This document shows positions 1 to 6,018 of a stretch of DNA of 7,647 nt, one piece after another (positions within the stretch are counted from its first letter, which is position 1; the number at the start of each line of letters is the position of its first letter). Location: IMG/VR virus record IMGVR_UViG_2690316243_000010; one strand, given 5' to 3'. The translations under genes were made by a program, and so were the position numbers. A model generated the notes under the pieces. The model had not been told where the DNA came from. It saw only the letters and a list, made by a program, of their open reading frames with translations, and did no database searches. This DNA is from a virus. Lineage: Duplodnaviria; Heunggongvirae; Uroviricota; Caudoviricetes.

Positions 1-47
1 TACACTAAATCAGTAAGTTGGCAGCATCACCACAGTGCTGAACTTAA

Positions 48-587
48 TTATTCAGATTTTGGATTATGCTTTCTCTTCACGAAGTTCCGATTGGCGAGAA
101 CACTCATCAGANNNNNNNNNNNNNNNNNNNNNNNNNNNNNNNNNNNNNNNNNNNNNNNNNNNNNNNNNNNNNNNNNNNNNNNNNNNNNNNNNNNNNNNNN
201 NNNNNNNNNNNNNNNNNNNNNNNNNNNNNNNNNNNNNNNNNNNNNNNNNNNNNNNNNNNNNNNNNNNNNNNNNNNNNNNNNNNNNNNNNNNNNNNNNNNN
301 NNNNNNNNNGGATCAACCACAGATGGTTTCTTCAGCTTTGCCCTCGAGAGTTTTTTGCGGGCGTTTTGCCAGTCCTTACGAGCCTGTTCAGACGGGAATA
401 ACCCGTAGCCAGAGTTGTATACATCCCCACTGGCAACCAGCTCTCTGGCGAGAACGCTTATTAAATATCTTGTCGCCCCGGTTTTAGCTTCCAGTTGTCG
501 TAACGTCTCGCGCCCACTCTGGCGTACGAGTTCAACAACCTGCCCCTTAATTTTTTCCCGCTCTTCCTGTGTAAATACTTTTGCCAT
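48..587 (-). CDS. Hypothetical prophage protein, about 179 aa, with 66 codons masked by the N run; likely start ATG at 587..585
   Basis: Open frame continuous across the N gap (gap length 198 is a multiple of 3). ATG at 587..585 lies 15 nt downstream of the stop of the upstream gene on the same strand, preceded by a G-rich stretch. The visible N-terminal 97 aa and C-terminal 20 aa are not recognisable to me. The TTG at 602 used in the ORF track is less likely. Confidence 0.45.
   Translation of the reverse strand: MAKVFTQEEREKIKGQVVELVRQSGRETLRQLEAKTGATRYLISVLARELVASGDVYNSGYGLFPSEQARKDWQNARKKLSRAKLKKPSVVDXXXXXXXXXXXXXXXXXXXXXXXXXXXXXXXXXXXXXXXXXXXXXXXXXXXXXXXXXXXXXXXXXXXLMSVLANRNFVKRKHNPKSE
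112..309. other. Run of 198 undetermined bases (assembly gap or masked sequence)
   Basis: Directly seen: n characters from 112 to 309. Length is divisible by 3, so the flanking minus-strand reading frame is preserved. Confidence 1.
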
Positions 588-602
588 AAGCGCCCCCGGC
601 AA

Positions 603-1328
603 TCACTTTTCCGACACAATACGACCGGAGGAATCGACAATCTGTCGAACAATATCCCGGTGCTTGTTCAGCTCCCGCAACGCGGCGCAGACACGCTCCC
701 ACTTCTGGACATGACTTTTCGCCCGACGCAGTTCGCGGTTTGCCATATGCAGCGATGGTAAAATCAGGTCATCCGCTTGCGTTTCGGTGAACGATGGCAA
801 CGACTGCACAATGTCCGCCACAGTTTCTGTTTTAATTTCTTCCTGTGTTGCAGCTTCCTGTACCGGTAACGCAACACCTGCTGGCTGAGGAAAGACTTTA
901 CCATCCGTTTCCGCTATGGATGCGGCTTTCGGCTCTGCCGGTAAATCAGCGCCCGGTATGCAGTACCGAAATTTACCGCCCTGATTCACGCGAATCAGAC
1001 GCCCTTTGCTGATTGCCATGGCCAGCGATGAATTCGCCCGGCGGGAGGTAATCCCGAACATCAGTGCCAGCTCATCCGCCGTTTGTGGGCCATGTTGTTC
1101 AATCGCCTCAGTCAGCATTTGCGCTGTCACTTTCGGTACCGGTGACACTGGTTCACTTTCACCAGCCTGAATCAGCCACCACATCGAACCCTTGTTATCC
1201 GCTTCACCACGGCGCTTCAGTTTCCACAGTTCGTTGACCGCATCTTCACGGCTGATTCCAAGGCGGGACGCCACCACATGTGAAGAGGCTCTTTTCAGTG
1301 CTTTCAGTGCGTCAAATACAGTTTCCAT
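603..1328 (-). CDS. Prophage protein of unknown function, DUF1627-like, about 241 aa
   Basis: Long minus-strand ORF. ATG at 1328..1326 is preceded by GGAGG about 8 nt upstream (reverse complement of 1337-1341). It lies 21 nt downstream of the DnaC-like gene stop. The N-terminal region ([14 protein letters not shown]...[25 protein letters not shown]) looks like a winged-helix domain, and this class of protein commonly follows the replication genes in lambdoid prophages. Family name is from memory. Confidence 0.7.
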   Translation of the reverse strand: METVFDALKALKRASSHVVASRLGISREDAVNELWKLKRRGEADNKGSMWWLIQAGESEPVSPVPKVTAQMLTEAIEQHGPQTADELALMFGITSRRANSSLAMAISKGRLIRVNQGGKFRYCIPGADLPAEPKAASIAETDGKVFPQPAGVALPVQEAATQEEIKTETVADIVQSLPSFTETQADDLILPSLHMANRELRRAKSHVQKWERVCAALRELNKHRDIVRQIVDSSGRIVSEK

Positions 1329-1349
1329 TAAAACATCCTCCAACAAAAA

Positions 1350-2096
1350 TTACTTCACAACTCCCGGAAAGCTGACATTTGAACGCCAGCTATCCCAGTT
1401 AAACGTCACCCACCGACAACCGTTCATGGTCATGCGGTCCATAATCCTCTCACCAAGAAGCGTGCTCATTGCGGCATGATTCAGGTTTGTTAACATCCCG
1501 ACACTGCACAGTGATGCTGTCCGGCGATCAATTATCTGGTGCAATACCACCTGCTCGTTTTTCGTCTCCCGCTGAATGCCTATTTCATCCAGGACCAGCA
1601 AATCAACCCCGCAAAGCTCCTGTAAAAATTTTTCACCGGATTTGCCGTTGTCGTAGCTGTCATGCAACACGCTCATGACATCAGACTCGGTGACGATAAT
1701 CACGCTGCGCCCCTTCGCCATCAGCCGGTTACCCATCGCCGCTGCAAGGTGATTTTTCCCGGTGCCGGTTTTACCGCTGAACACAAAATTCGTGCACCCG
1801 GTCATCAGTTCGTCAGCTATGGATTTGGCCTGGCTCAGCGCGTATTTTTGCCCGTCGTTCTGCACCTGATAATTCGCAAACGAGCATTTGCTGTGCAGAG
1901 GCTGGATGCCCGAACGATTCAGGATTTTTTCCACCCGCAACTGGCGATTCTGGCGGTTAATCTCCTCGCTGCGTTTTCGTCCTTCAGCAAGTTGCCATTC
2001 CCGCCACTCCTCCACCGTCCGGTACGGTGGAACCGCCCCCTGTGGTGCAAGTCTGTGAATACGTTCAAGAACCCCGGCTGCCGCAATGTTTTTCAT
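1350..2096 (-). CDS. DnaC-like replicative helicase loader (AAA+ ATPase; YdaV-like; functional analogue of lambda P)
   Basis: 248 aa. Walker A region FSGKTGTGKNHLAAA and Walker B LLVLDEIG, plus a C-terminal WVTFNWDSWRSNV tail, all closely resemble host DnaC as I recall it. Start ATG at 2096..2094 lies 6 nt after the upstream gene stop, with AGGGGG inside the upstream coding sequence, so translational coupling is likely. Confidence 0.9.
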   Translation of the reverse strand: MKNIAAAGVLERIHRLAPQGAVPPYRTVEEWREWQLAEGRKRSEEINRQNRQLRVEKILNRSGIQPLHSKCSFANYQVQNDGQKYALSQAKSIADELMTGCTNFVFSGKTGTGKNHLAAAMGNRLMAKGRSVIIVTESDVMSVLHDSYDNGKSGEKFLQELCGVDLLVLDEIGIQRETKNEQVVLHQIIDRRTASLCSVGMLTNLNHAAMSTLLGERIMDRMTMNGCRWVTFNWDSWRSNVSFPGVVK

Positions 2097-2102
2097 GCCA
2101 CA

Positions 2103-3167
2103 TCACCCCCTGAATCCCGGCGGAATTTCGGTATCCGGTTCAGAAATATGATTCACACAACGCTGGTTGTTCGTGCCGCTTACCGGGAGCAACCAGGGGT
2201 TTTCAAAATTCCGGTCCGGCCCAAAAAACGTCGTCGCTCGCTGAACAAATTCCGTTCCCGCTTTCCCGGTCGCCGCCAGGTATCTCGCGTAACGCCTCAC
2301 ACCATCCAGCATGGTCTCTGGTGGCACCCCCTCGCGCAATCTGGCCTTCCAGGCACTGAATGCGGATTTCTTCGGGTTTGCCCCGGCACGCAACGGGTAT
2401 TCCCGCCAGACCTGTTCGAACACATCCGGATAATCCACTCGTCCCACAGGCTGCCCGGTGTTTTCCGGGGCTACCCGATCGGCTTCCCGCTGAATGGCGG
2501 AATCGGCTTCAGGCTGCTGCAGTTGGAGTGATTGCTCCGGCCTTGCGGTCATCACCTGCTGCACAGCGCCCGAATCGGCTTTCAGCGCATACGCTGAATC
2601 GGCTTCCGGTGTCGAGCCTGCTGGCTGACCAGGATTGACGGTCTGAACATCCCCTGCCTGGTTCGTGGCGTTTTTTACGCCATGGACCATAGTGTTTTGA
2701 TCTTCTTTATCTGTATCTTTATCTGTATCTGTCGTGACTCGTCGTGACATGTGCGTGACATTTCGTGACGCGCCGTGACAATCGCCATTTTGTTCCCGCT
2801 TTCTTTCCCTCTCTCGCTGCGCCCTCTTGCGCTCTGCAGGAGATTTTGCGGTTTGCGAAATATTGCCGTTGTCCTCTTTAAGCACCTGGCGTTTTTCCCA
2901 TCCAGTGATTAAATCACCATCAAGTACCCGCCCCTGCATCGTCTGCAAAATTGAATCAATTACCTCTTCTGTCACGTCGAGCGCACTTGCCAAATCTTCT
3001 GTCGTGACATCAATGTGACCTCGCGTGACATTTCGTGACGCGCTCACCAGGAGGTGGATATACACTGCCATCACTGTTGCAATTGGCTGCCCTGACACCC
3101 TGGCAATTGTTCGCCACTTAGGGTCATTTGGCATGTCATGCCATAATCTGAGCCAGGCGTTAGCCAT
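2103..3167 (-). CDS. Replication initiator, lambda O functional analogue (YdaU/DUF1376-like N-terminal domain with DnaT-like C-terminal domain), about 354 aa
   Basis: Minus-strand ORF immediately upstream of the DnaC-like gene. ATG at 3167..3165 is preceded by GAGGTGA. The ORF-track start is a GTG at 3173 that overlaps this Shine-Dalgarno, so the ATG is preferred. The C-terminal region (YPDVFEQVWREYPLRAGANPKKSAFSAWKARL...) looks like the DnaT/primosomal-type domain seen in phage initiators. The gene contains phased CGTGAC iterons (see repeat features), as lambda O contains ori-lambda. Confidence 0.85.
   Translation of the reverse strand: MANAWLRLWHDMPNDPKWRTIARVSGQPIATVMAVYIHLLVSASRNVTRGHIDVTTEDLASALDVTEEVIDSILQTMQGRVLDGDLITGWEKRQVLKEDNGNISQTAKSPAERKRAQRERERKREQNGDCHGASRNVTHMSRRVTTDTDKDTDKEDQNTMVHGVKNATNQAGDVQTVNPGQPAGSTPEADSAYALKADSGAVQQVMTARPEQSLQLQQPEADSAIQREADRVAPENTGQPVGRVDYPDVFEQVWREYPLRAGANPKKSAFSAWKARLREGVPPETMLDGVRRYARYLAATGKAGTEFVQRATTFFGPDRNFENPWLLPVSGTNNQRCVNHISEPDTEIPPGFRG
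2705..2728. repeat. 12-bp tandem direct repeat, two copies of CTTTATCTGTAT, AT-rich
   Basis: Directly seen: CTTTATCTGTAT at 2705-2716 and 2717-2728, immediately left of the first CGTGAC cluster. Encodes the TDKDTDKD low-complexity linker of the initiator. Confidence 0.8.
2733..2779. repeat. Iteron cluster A: five CGTGAC copies at 10-11 bp spacing (candidate prophage origin of replication)
   Basis: CGTGAC at 2733, 2743, 2754, 2764 and 2774. Helical-phase periodicity. Located inside the initiator gene. Confidence 0.75.
2971..3043. repeat. Iteron cluster B: CGTGAC-family repeats at 10-11 bp spacing, including an exact 20-mer shared with cluster A
   Basis: GTCACG (inverted) at 2971; CGTGAC at 3003, 3024 and 3034; TGTGAC at 3014. 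The 20-mer CGTGACATTTCGTGACGCGC at 3024-3043 is identical to 2754-2773. Confidence 0.75.
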
Positions 3168-3238
3168 ACTCACCTCTTCTGATACCGAATCTTTTTACTC
3201 ACGAGTTGCCGGGAGCGATTCGATATGGCTATTGTCAG

Positions 3239-3664
3239 TCAATGTACTGCCACAGCATTTCCTGCCGGGCCACCACGGTTCATCTGATTGAAACCGGCGA
3301 TTGCCACTGCGACAAAATCATCAGCGTCTCTCACCAGTCGTTCATGCGTCTCCACCAGTTCCCGAAAATAAGCTGAACTGTGGCTGCGCATTCGAGCCAC
3401 CAGCGGAGGTGGCATTGCCCTTTCGATCGCAGGTAACAACGCCTGAATTTTTTCAACAGCGTCAGGGGTGTCTTTATCCAGCCAACGGAAAATCTTTTGG
3501 GTGTTGAGATAAAGTGTGTTGTGCTTGCTGTCGTTATGCAGAACCGGAAACGTCATTCCCAGTTCGAAATAAACCCTGGTTATTTCAGCTGCCGGAACTT
3601 TTTCACCGTCCGGATGCGCCCAGGCTTTCATCGCCATGCGGATGTGTTCATGCTTGATTTTCAT
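3239..3664 (-). CDS. ydaT: YdaT-family protein (reported functional equivalent of CII in a CP-933P-type cryptic prophage), 141 aa
   Basis: N-terminus MKIKHEHI matches my recollection of YdaT proteins. Start ATG at 3664..3662 overlaps the stop of the upstream Cro-like gene (ATGA overlap), so it is translationally coupled. Position between the cro-like gene and the replication genes mirrors lambda cII. Confidence 0.8.
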   Translation of the reverse strand: MKIKHEHIRMAMKAWAHPDGEKVPAAEITRVYFELGMTFPVLHNDSKHNTLYLNTQKIFRWLDKDTPDAVEKIQALLPAIERAMPPPLVARMRSHSSAYFRELVETHERLVRDADDFVAVAIAGFNQMNRGGPAGNAVAVH

Positions 3665-3924
3665 GAATCAACCCCCGCCGATGGTTGTGTGTTAGCCTGA
3701 AACTCAGCAGGCAAGCCGTCAGTTGGGTTGGGGTAGGTTTTACTGTCAATCTCATGTGGGGTCACCACCCATCCCGTTGCTTCACACCAACGTAATATTT
3801 TTTCTCCTGTAAGTTTTGCACGCCCCGTTATAACGTGGCTGACCATCCCTTGGGATGCGCCAACAATCTCAGCAAATGAACTCTGGGTTATATGAAAATG
3901 ATGCAAATATTCTCCAAGATTCAT
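3661..3924 (-). CDS. ydaS: Cro-like HTH DNA-binding protein (YdaS family), about 87 aa
   Basis: Small minus-strand ORF diverging from the repressor gene. ATG at 3924..3922 is preferred over the TTG at 3951 used in the ORF track, with AGGGCGG upstream. Helix-turn-helix-like segment SSFAEIVGASQGMVSHVITGRAKL. First gene of an operon followed by ydaT and the replication genes. Confidence 0.8.
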   Translation of the reverse strand: MNLGEYLHHFHITQSSFAEIVGASQGMVSHVITGRAKLTGEKILRWCEATGWVVTPHEIDSKTYPNPTDGLPAEFQANTQPSAGVDS

Positions 3925-3960
3925 AATCCGCCCTATGTGATGTGTTACCAATGCATAATT

Positions 3961-4000
3961 AATAGCACTGTTATTTTTAAAAGTAAATAGTGATGCTATT
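3961..4000. promoter_or_regulatory. OR-like operator pair in the divergent promoter region: two 15-bp sites of the AATAGC-N3-GCTATT family
   Basis: AATAGCACTGTTATT at 3961-3975 and AATAGTGATGCTATT at 3986-4000, centres 25 bp apart, in the 111-bp gap between divergent ydaS-like and repressor starts. Same motif family as the 5098-5138 pair. Confidence 0.7.
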
Positions 4001-4035
4001 TCAAAGTGATTAGCAATCTTATTAGAATTGGATGT

Positions 4036-4536
4036 ATGAAAAGAAAATCATTGTCAGACACCGACCTCAACGCCGCCAGAAGACTGAAAGAAATCTGGAT
4101 GGCAAAGAAATCTCAGTTGGGATTGACTCAGGAACGTGCGGCGGAAATTATGGGGTTTTCAACACAAGGGGCGGTAAGTCACTACCTAAATGGTCAAACC
4201 CCACTAAACCTTGAGGCTGTTCTAAAGTTTGCTGGCTTACTGAAAGTTCCCCCTGAGTCAATCAGGCCAGACATGGTAGATTTGCTGCAAATTGCAAGGA
4301 TGTATTGTCGAGAACCACAGCAAGATAACATAGTCGCATTACCAGCAGACACAGAACAAACAGAGGATGAACTACCGTTTGCCGTAGAGCCGATGGAACG
4401 AGATTTAATCCATACGTTCAGAGCTTTTCCGAAAGAAGATCAAGAACACATGCTTCAGGAGATGAAAGATAAAAAAGAATCAATGGATCGTACGGTTGCG
4501 CGGTGGTTAGCTGCACAAAAAGGCCGTCGCGCCTAA
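4036..4536 (+). CDS. paaR2: CI-like prophage repressor lacking an S24 peptidase domain (PaaR2/RacR-type HTH regulator), about 166 aa
   Basis: ATG at 4036 (MKRKSL...) rather than the ORF-track start at 4006. The N-terminal HTH (LGLTQERAAEIMGFSTQGAVSHYLNGQTPLNLEAVLKFAGLLKVPPESI) is lambda CI/XRE-like. The roughly 100-aa C-terminal region is acidic with no Ala-Gly cleavage site or GDSM-type serine motif that I can see. Diverges from the cro-like gene and is followed by the TA pair. Symbol assigned by resemblance from memory. Confidence 0.75.
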   Translation: MKRKSLSDTDLNAARRLKEIWMAKKSQLGLTQERAAEIMGFSTQGAVSHYLNGQTPLNLEAVLKFAGLLKVPPESIRPDMVDLLQIARMYCREPQQDNIVALPADTEQTEDELPFAVEPMERDLIHTFRAFPKEDQEHMLQEMKDKKESMDRTVARWLAAQKGRRA

Positions 4537-4555
4537 ATCAGAGGAGATATGTAAA

Positions 4556-4750
4556 ATGAGTACAGTCCTTTCCCCAATGGTTTCAGAATTTGAGACAGTT
4601 GAGCAAGAAAATAGTTACAACGAATGGCTGCGGGCCAAAGTAGCAGCAAGCCTCGCGGATCCCCGCCCGGCGATTCCGCATGATGAGGTAATGGCGGAAA
4701 TGGAACAAATTATTGCCCAAATTGCTGCTGCAACTCACAGAGGTGAATAA
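4556..4750 (+). CDS. paaA2: Antitoxin of the ParE-family toxin (PaaA2-like), 64 aa
   Basis: Small acidic protein. GAGGAG Shine-Dalgarno at 4541-4546. Stop TAA overlaps the toxin start (TAATG at 4748-4752). Sits immediately upstream of a RelE/ParE-fold toxin gene. Confidence 0.8.
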   Translation: MSTVLSPMVSEFETVEQENSYNEWLRAKVAASLADPRPAIPHDEVMAEMEQIIAQIAAATHRGE

Positions 4751-5040
4751 TGTTACCCGTTTTATGGCTACCATCTGCTCGTGATGATTTGCGCCAGATC
4801 GTAGCCTACATAGCTAAAGAAAATCCCGCGGCAGCACGCAGAATGAAAATTCGAATTGAAACATCCGTTTTGCCGCTCACAGAGCATCCTTACCTGTATC
4901 CTCCAAGCGAGCGAGTTCTTGGTCTTCGTGAAATTGTAACTCATCCTAACTACATCATCCTTTACCGAGTAACAGCATCAAGCATAGAAGTAGTAAATAT
5001 TGTGCATTCTCGAAGACAGTATCCAGGCAAAAACAGTTAA
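4750..5040 (+). CDS. parE2: ParE/RelE-superfamily toxin (ParE2-like), 96 aa
   Basis: Size, 1-nt overlap with the upstream antitoxin, and sequence character (basic C-terminal region ...IVHSRRQYPGK) are typical of ParE/RelE toxins. Followed by an intrinsic terminator. Confidence 0.85.
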   Translation: MLPVLWLPSARDDLRQIVAYIAKENPAAARRMKIRIETSVLPLTEHPYLYPPSERVLGLREIVTHPNYIILYRVTASSIEVVNIVHSRRQYPGKNS

Positions 5041-5056
5041 TTATTCCCGCCGACAG

Positions 5057-5078
5057 AACCACCTTAGGGTGGTTTTTT
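5057..5078 (+). terminator. Rho-independent terminator of the repressor-TA operon
   Basis: Stem AACCACC (5057-5063), loop TTAG, stem GGTGGTT (5068-5074), followed by a T run to 5078. Begins 17 nt after the parE2-like stop. Confidence 0.8.
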
Positions 5079-5097
5079 CTTGCCCCAACAAAAAACA

Positions 5098-5138
5098 ATA
5101 GCGATGCTATTTACATCAAAAAAAATAATGATGCTATT
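5098..5138. promoter_or_regulatory. OL-like operator pair: AATAGCGATGCTATT (perfect palindromic arms) and AATAATGATGCTATT
   Basis: Sites at 5098-5112 and 5124-5138, centres 26 bp apart, immediately downstream of the terminator and upstream of the rightward small-gene operon. Same motif as the 3961-4000 pair about 1.1 kb away. Confidence 0.7.
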
Positions 5139-5319
5139 GTTTCAGGCGTCAACCCACCCCGCCCCACAGAATGCAGGGCAATACTTCGAGTTACCAGACA
5201 GTGGTCAGGGGTTAAGTAGCCAGCCCGAGGCGTAAGAACATGACGGCAGGGTTCAATCTTTAACTATGCAGCAGGTTTTTTGTTCCGCCACCCCGGCGTT
5301 AAGGGGAAATGAGGTCAGC

Positions 5320-5472
5320 ATGGATACTATCGATCTTGGCAACAACGAATCTCTGGTGTGCGGCGTGTTCCCTAACCAGGATGGAACGTTTACCGCCATG
5401 ACGTATACCAAAAGCAAAACGTTTAAAACCGAATCTGGCGCGCGTTGCTGGTTAGCCAGAAACACTGACTGA
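5320..5472 (+). CDS. Small prophage protein, YdaF-like (DUF1391-type), 50 aa
   Basis: ATG at 5320 with GAGGT Shine-Dalgarno 4 nt upstream; the longer ORF-track start at 5266 lacks a Shine-Dalgarno. Stop overlaps the next start (TGATG). Position and size match the small genes left of the repressor in Rac-type prophages. Family assignment from memory, moderate. Confidence 0.6.
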   Translation: MDTIDLGNNESLVCGVFPNQDGTFTAMTYTKSKTFKTESGARCWLARNTD

Positions 5473-5849
5473 TGAGGCTGACGATGGAATTTAAAGATTT
5501 ACCGTCTGATGTACAGAAAACAGCAGCTCATACATTGCATTCTGTGCTGCGAGAAATCGGGAAAGATATTGCAAGCGAGCCAGCAAAAGATCTGGCCCGG
5601 AAAATCAAGACCGCTTTCGTTGAGCTTTATAATGTTGGCACTGACTCTGAAACTGTCGAGACCAAGACCGTAAGTTCACCAATATTCTCACTTGAGCCAA
5701 GCGTATTATCAGGTGAAATATGCACCGAGATTTCCAGCGAACTGCTTCCGGTAATACGAGAAGCAATTCGCCGTCGCGGTTTGGATGGAAGTTATGATCA
5801 TGACGTTCTGCAAGTTCTCAGGACAATGGTGACTTCACTGGGGATTTGA
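5472..5849 (+). CDS. Hypothetical early-left protein, 121-125 aa (start at 5472 by coupling, or at 5484 with a GAGG Shine-Dalgarno)
   Basis: ORF coupled to the upstream small gene. Acidic and not Arg-rich, so not an obvious N-type antiterminator. No family recognised. Confidence 0.55.
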   Translation: MRLTMEFKDLPSDVQKTAAHTLHSVLREIGKDIASEPAKDLARKIKTAFVELYNVGTDSETVETKTVSSPIFSLEPSVLSGEICTEISSELLPVIREAIRRRGLDGSYDHDVLQVLRTMVTSLGI

Positions 5850-6018
5850 TCCCTGCGTCCTCTAAGCTTTTGATATAGCGGTCCTCCAAGAAGCGGTAAA
5901 TTTTGTCGAAATCATCTTTTCCCTCTGGTTTATTCAGAGGATTACAGGACCCGTAAGTAGCGGCATACATTTCAACCGTTTTATCAAAAATATAAGAGAC
6001 AAATTCTTCTTTAGTCAT
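5818..6018 (-). CDS. Small hypothetical protein, 66 aa, convergent with and overlapping the 3' end of the upstream + strand gene
   Basis: ATG at 6018..6016 with AAGGA Shine-Dalgarno about 8 nt upstream. Coding region visibly more AT-rich than its neighbours. Hydrophilic, no transmembrane segment. A possible -35/-10 pair (TTTAAC, 17 nt, TATCCT on the minus strand) lies about 25 nt upstream. The 5' extension in the ORF track is probably not translated. Confidence 0.5.
   Translation of the reverse strand: MTKEEFVSYIFDKTVEMYAATYGSCNPLNKPEGKDDFDKIYRFLEDRYIKSLEDAGIKSPVKSPLS

Noticed and set aside
35-487. Plus-strand ORFs 35..487, 66..401 and 91..408, and minus-strand ORF 107..316
   Set aside because: They consist mostly of translated N's (X residues). 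They are artefacts of the open frame created by the 198-nt gap, with no supporting real sequence.
415-1678. ORFs 415..714 (+), 461..652 (-), 1192..1479 (+) and 1469..1678 (+)
   Set aside because: Each overlaps a better-supported minus-strand gene and has no start context or family resemblance; 461..652 also straddles a gene junction in the wrong frame.
1662-2531. 289-aa + strand ORF antisense to the DnaC-like and O-like genes
   Set aside because: It lies entirely opposite two strongly supported minus-strand genes. Its composition is Arg/Pro/Gly-rich and low-complexity, typical of antisense frames of GC-rich coding sequence, and it has no Shine-Dalgarno.
2360-3700. Plus-strand ORFs 2360..2638, 2827..3018, 3025..3291, 3301..3507 and 3497..3700
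   Set aside because: All are antisense to the initiator, ydaT-like or ydaS-like genes, with no ribosome-binding sites and no recognisable protein character.
4032-4214. 60-aa ORF 4032..4214 inside the repressor gene in another frame
   Set aside because: It overlaps the repressor coding sequence, whose frame gives a clear HTH domain. It is a basic, low-complexity out-of-frame product.
4282-4295. TTGC-N6-TTGC, the lambda CII recognition pattern, inside the repressor gene
   Set aside because: The CII analogue here (YdaT) is unrelated in sequence to lambda CII, so the lambda motif is not expected to apply. A single such match in 7.6 kb on two strands is within chance expectation, and there is no adjacent promoter in a sensible orientation.
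4583-4774. 63-aa minus-strand ORF antisense to the antitoxin gene
   Set aside because: It is antisense to a tightly coupled TA pair, has no Shine-Dalgarno, and is cysteine/phenylalanine-rich with no protein-like character.
5253-5465. 70-aa minus-strand ORF antisense to the YdaF-like gene, and the longer 5266 start for the + strand ORF
   Set aside because: The + strand gene has a strong Shine-Dalgarno at its 5320 start and is translationally coupled to the next gene. The minus-strand ORF and the 5266 start have neither.
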